Shown here piece by piece: positions 9,566 through 19,200 of a DNA stretch of 64,000 bases. Both the position numbers and the translations under genes were made by a program. Source of the stretch: a virus; IMG/VR virus record IMGVR_UViG_3300034022_001261; one strand, written 5' to 3'. Position 1 is the first letter of the stretch. Every line of letters starts with the position of its first letter. The notes under the pieces are model-generated. The model did not search any database, had not been told where the DNA came from, and saw only the letters and a program-made list of their open reading frames with translations.

Positions 9566-12500
9566 GTGTTCAGAGATAGAGGGCCAATACATAACATAGG
9601 TTATGGCGTATCTTCTCGTGAACTACCTTCCGAAGAAGGCGAAACAGAGACGCCAAGTCCTGGCAGTGGCAGGATAGCAAAGGCCCTTGATGGCCACCCA
9701 ATGATGAAGTTCTTGGGTTCTGCAGCTACCGCAATGGTAGTTACAACTGTAGCATCCAGATTAACCAAATCAGGTGGGCTAAGACTAGGAAAGTTTTTAC
9801 AAGATTCCTCTGACGCAGCAATTAAAGCTGGCCATTTAGATAGACCATCTACTAGACTGGTAAAAGGAATCTTAGACCTTAGACAGGGTCTTGATGAATT
9901 AGAATCCGTAAATCGCCAAATTGGTGGAGTAGATGATTATTCTAGATTAGTTGAAAAAGTTGATGGAAAATTAACCACTGGGTATGATGGAAGAAGGAGT
10001 GCTAGAAAATTCTTTGCACCCCTCAGTGAACAGGGTAGGAAGACTACTGGAACTGGCGTAAGTAGCGAATCAAGCGAAGCATTCTTGATGAGGGATCAAA
10101 TCCAGAAGCAGTTAGTTCGAGCAGGCAGAAGAATGCCGTACGAACTTCCAGCACTATATGTAACACAAAAAGCAGTTACTGAACCTCTGTTTGGCCACAA
10201 TCAAGATAAGAAGAAAGTTAATTGGTATAATCCAGCAGACGTTTTAACTGATTTTGTTAAAACATCTACAATCAACGTAGCTACAATGATTTTGCCATTT
10301 GAGGCTTTAGGGGCTGCTGGAGCTGCTGGAAAGAGTTCGCTAACAACTTTGGCCAGCTCTATGAATGACTTGAGTGCCTTAAGTCCAATAAAACAAAAGA
10401 CAGCAGCATTTGCATTTGATCTAAGATCACTCCTTGCTGAAGTTGGACACGATGCTTCAGATGTGTTGAATAAAGGTATCAAACTTTCTTCAAGAACAAG
10501 TGGAGCATTTGCTGCTGGAGTTCAGGAAGCAGATAAATCTCAGCCTGAATTTTTGCAAGCTTGGAGAGCTGCTAGACACGGTGCACAAGATGCCAGCAGA
10601 AGAGCTTCTGACGCAAACGCTGGTAAATTAAAAACATTAACAGCTGGAGCAAAATCTTTTTTTGTAGCTGAGTCTGATGATGGCTTTGGAGTTTTAGATT
10701 CTTTTCCTGGCCTAAGAGGAATGTCTTCTGGCTTTAAAGGATTTAAAAACCAGTTTCATGCGCTTGGTGTTGCACATGATGTTGTTTCCGGAAAACTAAC
10801 AAGAGAACAAGCTTTAGGTAACCTAACAAAAAAGTTTAGTTTAGATAAACCAGATATCTTAGATGAAGCTTTAAAACAAAACCATACTAGGCTAAAACTT
10901 AAAGGACTTACTGGAACTGATTCTAAAACTATTTTAGATAATTCTATAAATAAAATACAATCACAACATTCAAGCAACTTAACAAGACTAGCACACGACT
11001 TCGATGCTTTAGGTAAGGGTGGTCCATCTTCAGAAAGATTTACATCAAGTAGCTTTTATCAAGGTAGGCTAAGAGATGAATACAAAGATCAATTAGAAAA
11101 CAAATTAGTATCTAGGCATAGTATTGATAGAAAAACTGCAAAAAGTTTTGTAGATAACTTAAAGGTTAATGAACTACCTAGAAGAAATTCTTCGGTATCT
11201 TTAGATAAAAGAATTGCATTAGGAAGAAAAGCAATCAACTTAGAGGGTGATGAATTTTTTGATGAAATCATTAAACGTTCTCAAGGAATAAAAGGTGGAA
11301 AAGATTTTGCTAGTGCAATTCCTAAAGGCAGTGCTCTTAGAGAATCTCTAGAAGAAGTTGATAGATTATTTGTATCTCAAGACTTTAGAAAAAATTTAGA
11401 TTTAAATATTCGTTCTCAATGGAATCAAGTATCTAAAAATCAAATTGGGGAACAAGTATCTTCAATACTAAAGCCAACTAAACAAAGTTATACTGACTTT
11501 GTTGGAGATTTAACTAGTGAAAAGAAAAGTTTTCTATTAAGAAAAACTGCAAAAACATTAGGTATTCCATTAACGGAATCTAATGGCAAGTTACTTTCCG
11601 AAAACGTTTTATCTAAAAGCATAGCGCAAAAAGGTTTTGATCCAACTGACTTTGGATACATGAGAGATTACCTTCTTGAAAATAAGGGTTTAACAACAGG
11701 ATTTTTTTCTGGGTCTGGAAGTATATTTGGTTTAAGACCAGTTCTAATAGATGAGGCTGTTGAAAGAGGAATGTTCTCTCACTTGTCGGAAGAGCAACAA
11801 CAAGCAATTAATCAAATAGCTTCTCTGCAGGCTAGTAGAGATCCATTAACTAGAGGACTTGGCTCAGCGACTGAAACTCTTGGGCAAACAAGAGTTGGCG
11901 GAGTCTACCAAACTAGAAATGGAGAAATATTAGACTTCACTAAAGTTAAGAGCGTTTTCTCCAACGCTAAAGATTTCATGGCTTCTGAGTTTAAAGTTCC
12001 AATTCTCAACTTTAACCCAGCTGATATGTTTGGCTATCAATCCTTAAGAGCTGCTAAAGAAGCTCCTCTTATGCAATATGTTTCCTCTAGATCCGTTCAA
12101 CCATTTTTGGGGGCAGAATCTGCTAGACCAGATTTTTATCTATTTACAAAGAATAAAGGCTCTAAAGGTTCTTTAACAGGTTTCTCACAAGACGAAAGAG
12201 GAATACTTAATGCTCAAAGATTAGCTGGTTCATATAGGCCAATATCTTCTTCTAGTACAGAATTAATTAGTCGAGAAGCAAGAAATGCAGCAGGGTTAAG
12301 TGGACAATCAGCTGATGAAATAGCGGGTACAACTGGAAGAATGGCTAGGTTTAGAAAAGCTTTTGATATTGATTCAGAGCAACCAAACTCTTTATTTAGA
12401 TTAGCTCAAAGGTTTAGAAAACGTTCTTATGATATTGAAAATCCAGCTACAATGGCTAAGCTTATCAGAGACAAGTCAATTACCTACAGGCAAAAGGGTC

Positions 12501-15500
12501 AAACTACAAGATTAACACTACAAGGGCTAGACGATCCTAAGGCAGCTCTATCTGTAGTTGATGATCTTGGTAATGTTAGATTCAATCAAAGAGAAATATT
12601 ATCTGCAGTTGATAGCTTTAGAGCTAGAACTTTTGGATCTGGGATTCATTCTAAAGTTAGATCTGAGCTTGAAGCTTCTAGGCCAAATCTATTCACATCA
12701 AATGGAGTAAGTTCTTCCCAAGTAACATCTCATCAAAGCTTTAAAGATGTATATGAAAAACTATTTGGAGACCTAGCAAATACAGTATCAAAGATAAGAA
12801 ATGCTGGAAAAGATCCAAGAGAAATAATAGCAGCTCATTCTAAGCTAAATAAATATTTAGACCAGTCTTACTTCAATGCTTCGTCTCAATTATCTGCTAG
12901 ATCAGGAGTCATCAACACAAGGTTAGATGAAGCGTCAAATGAAGTATTCAGGTTAATATCACTAAAAAACCAAATGCTCAATGAGACAGAAGATATATTT
13001 ACTCAGACTACAAAAGCAATTAGAGATCTTCAAAAGCAAGGCAAGATAGGTTTAAATGACGCTATAGAAGCTAGGATAGGAGCTTTAGGAAATCTATTCA
13101 ACTTTAGTGCACACGCAACATTTAAGGGAGAATTGTCTGCAGTAGCAAATGCAAAAAATGCTCTTAGGGAAGTATCAAGAAGAACTCAATCTAGTGAAGA
13201 TATAGCTTCATTATTCTCTCCTTTTACAACAGGTGCAGATTCTATGGTTGGAGCTTCAATCAGAAGGCCATTCTCTAGAGCTTTACCGTTTGTAAAAAGA
13301 AGATTTGGTTCTGCTCCATACCAAATAAGCGAAGACGCTGTCAACACTCTTGGTACTGGTCAAGACTTTACTTTTATCCCAACTTTTGGAACAGCTCTTG
13401 AGAGAGGCCCAGCAGCTGCCATTAAAAGCGCAATGGGATTTGGAACCTATAAAAACCAAGATGCATTCTCTACTGGATCAGTAGCTAGCTCTCATCTTGT
13501 TTCTAGAGTTAATAAATATTTTGGTACGTTCGGTTTACAATTAGATCAAAGTAAATATGGCGGACCAGTCGACATGTACATGCGTGGCATGGTCGGCAAA
13601 AGAGTATTACCAATTGTTGCTGGAGGTACAACATTACTAGCTGCAGATAGAACTATCGGTGGCTATACAAATGAAAAAGATAAAAATGGAGAAAGAGTTT
13701 ATTCTCCATTCTTTACAACAAAGATAGCAAGGGGTCTAGTTGAGACCCAAGCTATAGGAGCAGGTTTAATTCCTGGTGGAATGTCAGCCGAAGAAAAGAA
13801 GAAACAACTTCTTGAGGGCGAAGTTCCTATTAAGCAAGGTAGATTTTGGCCTCTGGGTAGTACACCTTTTATGGGTGGAAAAACAATGTACTATCGTCCA
13901 TCGTATTATCGCAAACTTAAAGAAGCTGGAACCTACACATCTGATTCATTTGAGTCTCCTTTAGAAAAGTTAGCTTATGGGTATGATTTCTCTCCATTAA
14001 GGCCACTTGACCCATATCGATTTGAGCGTCAACACTACGAAGATAGACCTTACCCGGTTAGTGGCGAATACTTTACGGGACCATTTGGTCCAGCTACTGC
14101 TCTAGCCAATATGACAGTTGGAAAACTGCTTAAGCCTCAAATTAAAATGCACGAAGATGAGCTAAAGCAAGGTTTAGCTAGCTACCAAAGAGCTGGAGAG
14201 TCTGGAGCATATGACTCCACAGGCTACATGGGAGCTTCTCAGGGGGGTTTTGGCGGTGGCATGGGGTACGGTGGCACTGGATCCTCTGGAGGTGGCTTAT
14301 ACGGCTCCTCAACGATGGCTATTGGGAACTATAACTCAAGATTATCTCAGGCTTCCGCCCCAATGGGAACTGCTAGCAGGCAGGTTAAGTCAACTATTGG
14401 TGGATATAACTCTACCCTAAGAGATGCCGTTGGCTATGGTCCACCTAAAGTAAGTGGCATAATGAGTCCTTCGTTAGTTCCCGCTGGGGAACCAGTTGAG
14501 TCCAATAAGCTAGGAATACAAGCTGGAGAATTAGGGTATAGAGCCCAAGAAATGGCTGGTATCTATGGTTTTGCTTTTGGTCAAGTAAGAGAATCATTTG
14601 GATTTGGACAAAGTGACTATGAGCCTCAAAGATCAGTTTTACAATCAGCAGCAAAGGGGTATGGCTCAACGAGATCATTCTGGGACCTTAACTTAGGTGG
14701 ACTTGGTGATGCTCCTATGGGTGGAGAAGGAGCTCTTGGTAATCTTGAAGTTTCTGAAGTGGTTAGAAGATTTATTCCAAAAGAAAGATCTAATGTTAAT
14801 TATATTAACCCAATTAGAAATACTATGGGAGAGAAATATCCGTTCTTGCCAGGAGCTGAATATTTTACTGACTTTCAAAGAGGAGATCCATTTACAAAAG
14901 TTGCTGATGGAGAAATCAGACTTCCTGGAAAGGGGTACGAAAGATTTAATACAGTCTCCGCTGACGAAACTGGAAAATATGGAAAGCTAAACCAATTAGA
15001 TATCCTTGCTGATATAGCTCCTTATTCTAAGCAATTTAGATCTTTAAATAATCAAATACAAACTGGTTCTCTTTCTCCTGATGAAAAATTAAAAGTACAA
15101 ACAATAAGAGATCAAGTAGCAGACACTACAAGTAAATATGATTTTACTCCATATAAGTATAAAGATTCTACAGCTGAAGAAATGGGGATGAATCCTAGAC
15201 TTCATACAGCAAGTAGAATTGGAGAATACTTAGCACATAGAGATACTTTCTTTAATACTAAATTCATGAACAAAAGAACTGCCACTGAAGATTGGGAAAG
15301 AAGAAATGTTTATGGCTCTACTTTCCCTGAGTGGCAAAGGCCATATGAGAGTTTTATTGAACCAATGGTTAATAAAGCTTCTCAAAGAAATCCAATAGTT
15401 GCAACAGCAGCAATGGCAGCAGCAGGCTCTATGTTTGGTAAAGGCATGAGAGGTAAGACTTTAGGCTCCATCATAGGCGGAGCAGCTGGCTTTGCTTCCT

Positions 15501-16210
15501 CAATAAGAGGCAACTTGCATGAAGCTATAACTGGTGATAGGTTTATCCCAGAAACAAGAAAAAAAGAATTAGCACTTGAAGAATATACTGATATTTTAAG
15601 TTATGTAAAAAATACAAGTTTAGCAAATCAAGCTCAAGCATCAGGAGATGCAGCAGCAGCAACTAGTTTCCAAACAGCAGCAAAAAGAACTATGTATGGA
15701 GCTGATTTAGAAACTCCATCATTAGAAACACTTTCCCTTTCAGTTCCAAAAAGAAAAAGAGAACACTTTAAGGCAATGATTAATGCTCCAGAAAATGAAA
15801 GAGAAAAAATTCTTTCAACAGCAGGAAGATTGGAAAGAAGAATTTATCAATCAGCTTGGGGAATGCCAGTAGAAGAAAAGCCTGATTTAGCTGATTATTT
15901 TTCTAGACACGAATTGCCATCTCAAAACTGGGAAGGTTGGCACCCAAATACCAATCTTGAACATGTAAAGATTAAAACTGGTGCTTCAATGGGTCTTGAA
16001 ATGTCTCAAATGGGTTACTATCCACAACAGATACGTGAAGCTAATTTAGCTAATCCATCTTATCCTTCTTTCTTTGGAGGAAACAATAGTCAAGATACGG
16101 GAGCTCAGCTTAGAGCAATGATGTCTCGCATGGGAGTTTCTGGATCAGTATCGCCGGTAAAAAATCCTTATGGATCAAATTCAATTAATATTAATGCAGG
16201 AGTTAGATAA
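9566..16210 (+). CDS. Tape-measure-like protein (2214 aa, GTG start)
   Basis: AGGAG SD before GTG. It is the first very long ORF after the tail chaperones, largely helical and Ala/Gly-rich, with hydrophobic segments (e.g. IVATAAMAAAGSMFG...LGSIIGGAAGFASSI). Positional and compositional inference. Confidence 0.6.
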   Translation: MFRDRGPIHNIGYGVSSRELPSEEGETETPSPGSGRIAKALDGHPMMKFLGSAATAMVVTTVASRLTKSGGLRLGKFLQDSSDAAIKAGHLDRPSTRLVKGILDLRQGLDELESVNRQIGGVDDYSRLVEKVDGKLTTGYDGRRSARKFFAPLSEQGRKTTGTGVSSESSEAFLMRDQIQKQLVRAGRRMPYELPALYVTQKAVTEPLFGHNQDKKKVNWYNPADVLTDFVKTSTINVATMILPFEALGAAGAAGKSSLTTLASSMNDLSALSPIKQKTAAFAFDLRSLLAEVGHDASDVLNKGIKLSSRTSGAFAAGVQEADKSQPEFLQAWRAARHGAQDASRRASDANAGKLKTLTAGAKSFFVAESDDGFGVLDSFPGLRGMSSGFKGFKNQFHALGVAHDVVSGKLTREQALGNLTKKFSLDKPDILDEALKQNHTRLKLKGLTGTDSKTILDNSINKIQSQHSSNLTRLAHDFDALGKGGPSSERFTSSSFYQGRLRDEYKDQLENKLVSRHSIDRKTAKSFVDNLKVNELPRRNSSVSLDKRIALGRKAINLEGDEFFDEIIKRSQGIKGGKDFASAIPKGSALRESLEEVDRLFVSQDFRKNLDLNIRSQWNQVSKNQIGEQVSSILKPTKQSYTDFVGDLTSEKKSFLLRKTAKTLGIPLTESNGKLLSENVLSKSIAQKGFDPTDFGYMRDYLLENKGLTTGFFSGSGSIFGLRPVLIDEAVERGMFSHLSEEQQQAINQIASLQASRDPLTRGLGSATETLGQTRVGGVYQTRNGEILDFTKVKSVFSNAKDFMASEFKVPILNFNPADMFGYQSLRAAKEAPLMQYVSSRSVQPFLGAESARPDFYLFTKNKGSKGSLTGFSQDERGILNAQRLAGSYRPISSSSTELISREARNAAGLSGQSADEIAGTTGRMARFRKAFDIDSEQPNSLFRLAQRFRKRSYDIENPATMAKLIRDKSITYRQKGQTTRLTLQGLDDPKAALSVVDDLGNVRFNQREILSAVDSFRARTFGSGIHSKVRSELEASRPNLFTSNGVSSSQVTSHQSFKDVYEKLFGDLANTVSKIRNAGKDPREIIAAHSKLNKYLDQSYFNASSQLSARSGVINTRLDEASNEVFRLISLKNQMLNETEDIFTQTTKAIRDLQKQGKIGLNDAIEARIGALGNLFNFSAHATFKGELSAVANAKNALREVSRRTQSSEDIASLFSPFTTGADSMVGASIRRPFSRALPFVKRRFGSAPYQISEDAVNTLGTGQDFTFIPTFGTALERGPAAAIKSAMGFGTYKNQDAFSTGSVASSHLVSRVNKYFGTFGLQLDQSKYGGPVDMYMRGMVGKRVLPIVAGGTTLLAADRTIGGYTNEKDKNGERVYSPFFTTKIARGLVETQAIGAGLIPGGMSAEEKKKQLLEGEVPIKQGRFWPLGSTPFMGGKTMYYRPSYYRKLKEAGTYTSDSFESPLEKLAYGYDFSPLRPLDPYRFERQHYEDRPYPVSGEYFTGPFGPATALANMTVGKLLKPQIKMHEDELKQGLASYQRAGESGAYDSTGYMGASQGGFGGGMGYGGTGSSGGGLYGSSTMAIGNYNSRLSQASAPMGTASRQVKSTIGGYNSTLRDAVGYGPPKVSGIMSPSLVPAGEPVESNKLGIQAGELGYRAQEMAGIYGFAFGQVRESFGFGQSDYEPQRSVLQSAAKGYGSTRSFWDLNLGGLGDAPMGGEGALGNLEVSEVVRRFIPKERSNVNYINPIRNTMGEKYPFLPGAEYFTDFQRGDPFTKVADGEIRLPGKGYERFNTVSADETGKYGKLNQLDILADIAPYSKQFRSLNNQIQTGSLSPDEKLKVQTIRDQVADTTSKYDFTPYKYKDSTAEEMGMNPRLHTASRIGEYLAHRDTFFNTKFMNKRTATEDWERRNVYGSTFPEWQRPYESFIEPMVNKASQRNPIVATAAMAAAGSMFGKGMRGKTLGSIIGGAAGFASSIRGNLHEAITGDRFIPETRKKELALEEYTDILSYVKNTSLANQAQASGDAAAATSFQTAAKRTMYGADLETPSLETLSLSVPKRKREHFKAMINAPENEREKILSTAGRLERRIYQSAWGMPVEEKPDLADYFSRHELPSQNWEGWHPNTNLEHVKIKTGASMGLEMSQMGYYPQQIREANLANPSYPSFFGGNNSQDTGAQLRAMMSRMGVSGSVSPVKNPYGSNSININAGVR

Positions 16211-19200
16211 TGCCAATGAATTTTCCTCCTAGTTATTATGCTCCTGAATATCTTCAAATGCATAGAAGAGCCTTGAAGAATACTATCTACGGTTCAGGTA
16301 ATGTTATCAAGGTAGAAATTGATTCTGGAAAAATAACTTATGTTATGAATGCTACTGGGATAAGATTCAATACCTATGAAGAAGCATTCAACGCAGCAGA
16401 TACTTCTGGTTTAACTGGTTTCGCTAGAGTGACAGGAGGCGGCCCTGGACAGTCCGGTTCGATGAGAGGATTAGGGGGATTTAACGAAAGAGTTAGATCT
16501 ATGAGGGAAATGTTAAGAACTGATAGTACTCTTAGGGATTCTCTTTCTTTTATTAATTCTCCGGCTGATCAACTAAGCTTCAGTATAGGGTCAGCTAGAA
16601 TCCCAGAAGGAGCTAAAGAAACAGCAAAAAATGTTTTGAAAGATGTTTCAGAAGGAAGAGGATTTATGTTTCAAACAAAAGACTCTGGAACCTTTGTTAG
16701 AGCTTTTGTTAATGGGGAAGAACTAACTGATGTTCAACTCAACGAACTTTTATATAAAACTAGTGATGGTGCCGGTGGATTATTCTCAAATGAGCAAATA
16801 CTCAAATCTCTGCAAGAGGGGAAGTTGGGAGAACTGTTTCAAAAAGCAGCCAAGAGAGGTAAGGGTATTTTTTCTTTAGATGGAATTTCTTTAGCTGGAA
16901 ACGATTTACTTAGCTTAGCTAAGGGCTTGGATTCTACTCATAGTACCTTTGGTGATTCTATTAAAATATTTGATACATCAAGTGATTTAACCAAAATAGC
17001 TTTAGCTTATTTAGAAGATACATCTCTTAGTGGAGAAGCTTTAGTTAAGAAAGCAATGTTTGGACTTTCCGCTAGAGAAATAAATGAAGCAGCTGCTTAT
17101 TATGGAAATTCCAATGCTGTTCAATCTGCATTAAATTCTATGGAAAGCCTTGGTATTGTATCAACTAAAGATGGAGGCATAGCAAGATTAACAAATGATT
17201 ACCCGGAAATAATAGAAGCATTAAAAGATCCATCAAAAGCAAAAGACTTAAAGGGAGAAGCATTAAAAAGGTATGAAAACTTAATGGAGCAATTCCAAAG
17301 GCCATATGATGGTTCTACTCTTATAAACAAAAAATTTTTAGACGGCATACGAAAAAACATGCAAGCAGAACTGAAAGTGCTAGAGAAGAAGGGAACTGCC
17401 AATCTAAGTCCAGAAGAATATGAAAAAATGAAATTTCTAAGAAGTGATATAGCCAATTCTGCATCAGGAATGGACTCAGAAACTATTCGATTTAATTTCA
17501 TGAGAAATGGTAGAACATTTAACATTAAAGGAGTTGGAACAACAGCTGAACTAGATTCTAGATTAAGTCGATATACTACAGTTACCTCTAAGGCTAATAT
17601 AAAAAAAGAATTAGCTATTATGGGTAAAACTGATATGGCTAATATAATCCTACAGGGCAAGGCAAAAGATTTAGTTTTTCAAGATCCACTTGCACCTGCT
17701 TTCCATGGTGAAATTTTTTCTTCACAAGAAGCAATAGATTCTACCATGGAAAGAGGCAATAGAATTCTAGCTTCTTATCAAGAGGCTTTAAAGACAGGTA
17801 ATATAGATAAAAGATTAAGAAAACAAATTTATGCAGCATCAGATATGGCGGTTGATGCACTCCCTTCCGAGTTTAGAACAAGTGCAGAAAGATCTAAACG
17901 CTATGCTAATCTTCTAATTGAAGCCTTAGAAAGCGGTAGAGACATAAGACAAATGCCGCAATTGTCGAACTACTTAATGAGCTTTGTTCAATCTGAAGTA
18001 GCTAGAGATAGAAAAGGAATAATGGAGCCAGTCATGGAAAATGTTTTTAGATTTTCAATTGACTCGGAACTAGCTTATTACTCAGGTAGAAAAACTACTG
18101 GCATAGAAAAAGCTACTTTAGAAGATGTTAGTAATTTTCGACTATCATCTAAATCTGGAGCACAAGAAATTGGTTTAATGAATTTTAAAATTAGAGGGCA
18201 TAAAATGTTAACCTCCGGAAACGCTGCTAATATATTTCACCATTCTTTGGGAACATTTGACTTAGACGACAAAGGTATTCCAATGATGAGAGTCATGGAT
18301 ATTTTTGGTGAACGTGGAGAAAAAATTGGCGAAAGAATTGGATTCTTTACAATTCGTCAACCAACTGGACCTGCAGAATATGTATTGTCTATGGCTCAAT
18401 TTGACACAGAAACAATTAGAGCTACATTTGGAAAAAATCAAAGTTACGTTGCTACCTTAAATAGAGTTGTAGCTGATGGAACCGCTACCCTAGATCAACA
18501 ACTGCTTCATAGAATTGTTTCTCCAGAAGATATGACAGCAAAAGAAATGATGGCATTTGATACGCGTCATGCGCAAATGTTTAGAAATCAAGCATCAATT
18601 CACGAGACAATGATTAAAACTATGGAGCAATCTGAAACTCCAATAGCAAGAATTAGCCAAGATATTGTTAATGATTTAATTGGCGAAAAATATGGTTCTA
18701 CGTTAGCTATGAGTAAAGATAAATATGATCGTTTGCTAGGAGCTGGATTTGATGAAAAACAATTAATGGCGAATTACAGACAAGGTAATATTTTTAAATT
18801 GTTTGCGGAGTCGGGAGCTTATGATTTTGAAAAAGATTCCATTCAACAAATACTTGATGAAACTAGTTTATTTTCTTCTTCCGAAAGAGCTGAGATAGGA
18901 AGACTATCGGCAATTGACGGCGAGGGTGTAAAAATACAAAGTGCTTTAGCCAAGATGATGCAAACTGGAACACCGGAACAAGTTGCTAAAAAGGAACTTT
19001 TTATTTCTAATTTAACAGCTAGGGAATTTGGGATAAAACAATTAAGAGCGGCAGAAACAGCAGATTCTCTTGGACTTTATATAAATAGATTAACCATGGT
19101 AACAGCTTCAACTAGACAAGGTGACGAAATACTAAAGCACTTAGATGCCGCTGATGTTCTAAAATTAAAACAAAATTATAAAGTTGGATTAATAGATCCT

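Noticed and set aside
14215-14330. Gly-rich stretch GASQGGFGGGMGYGGTGSSGGGLYG in the tape-measure-like protein
   Set aside because: A short low-complexity linker without collagen or other periodic pattern; not enough to support a separate feature.
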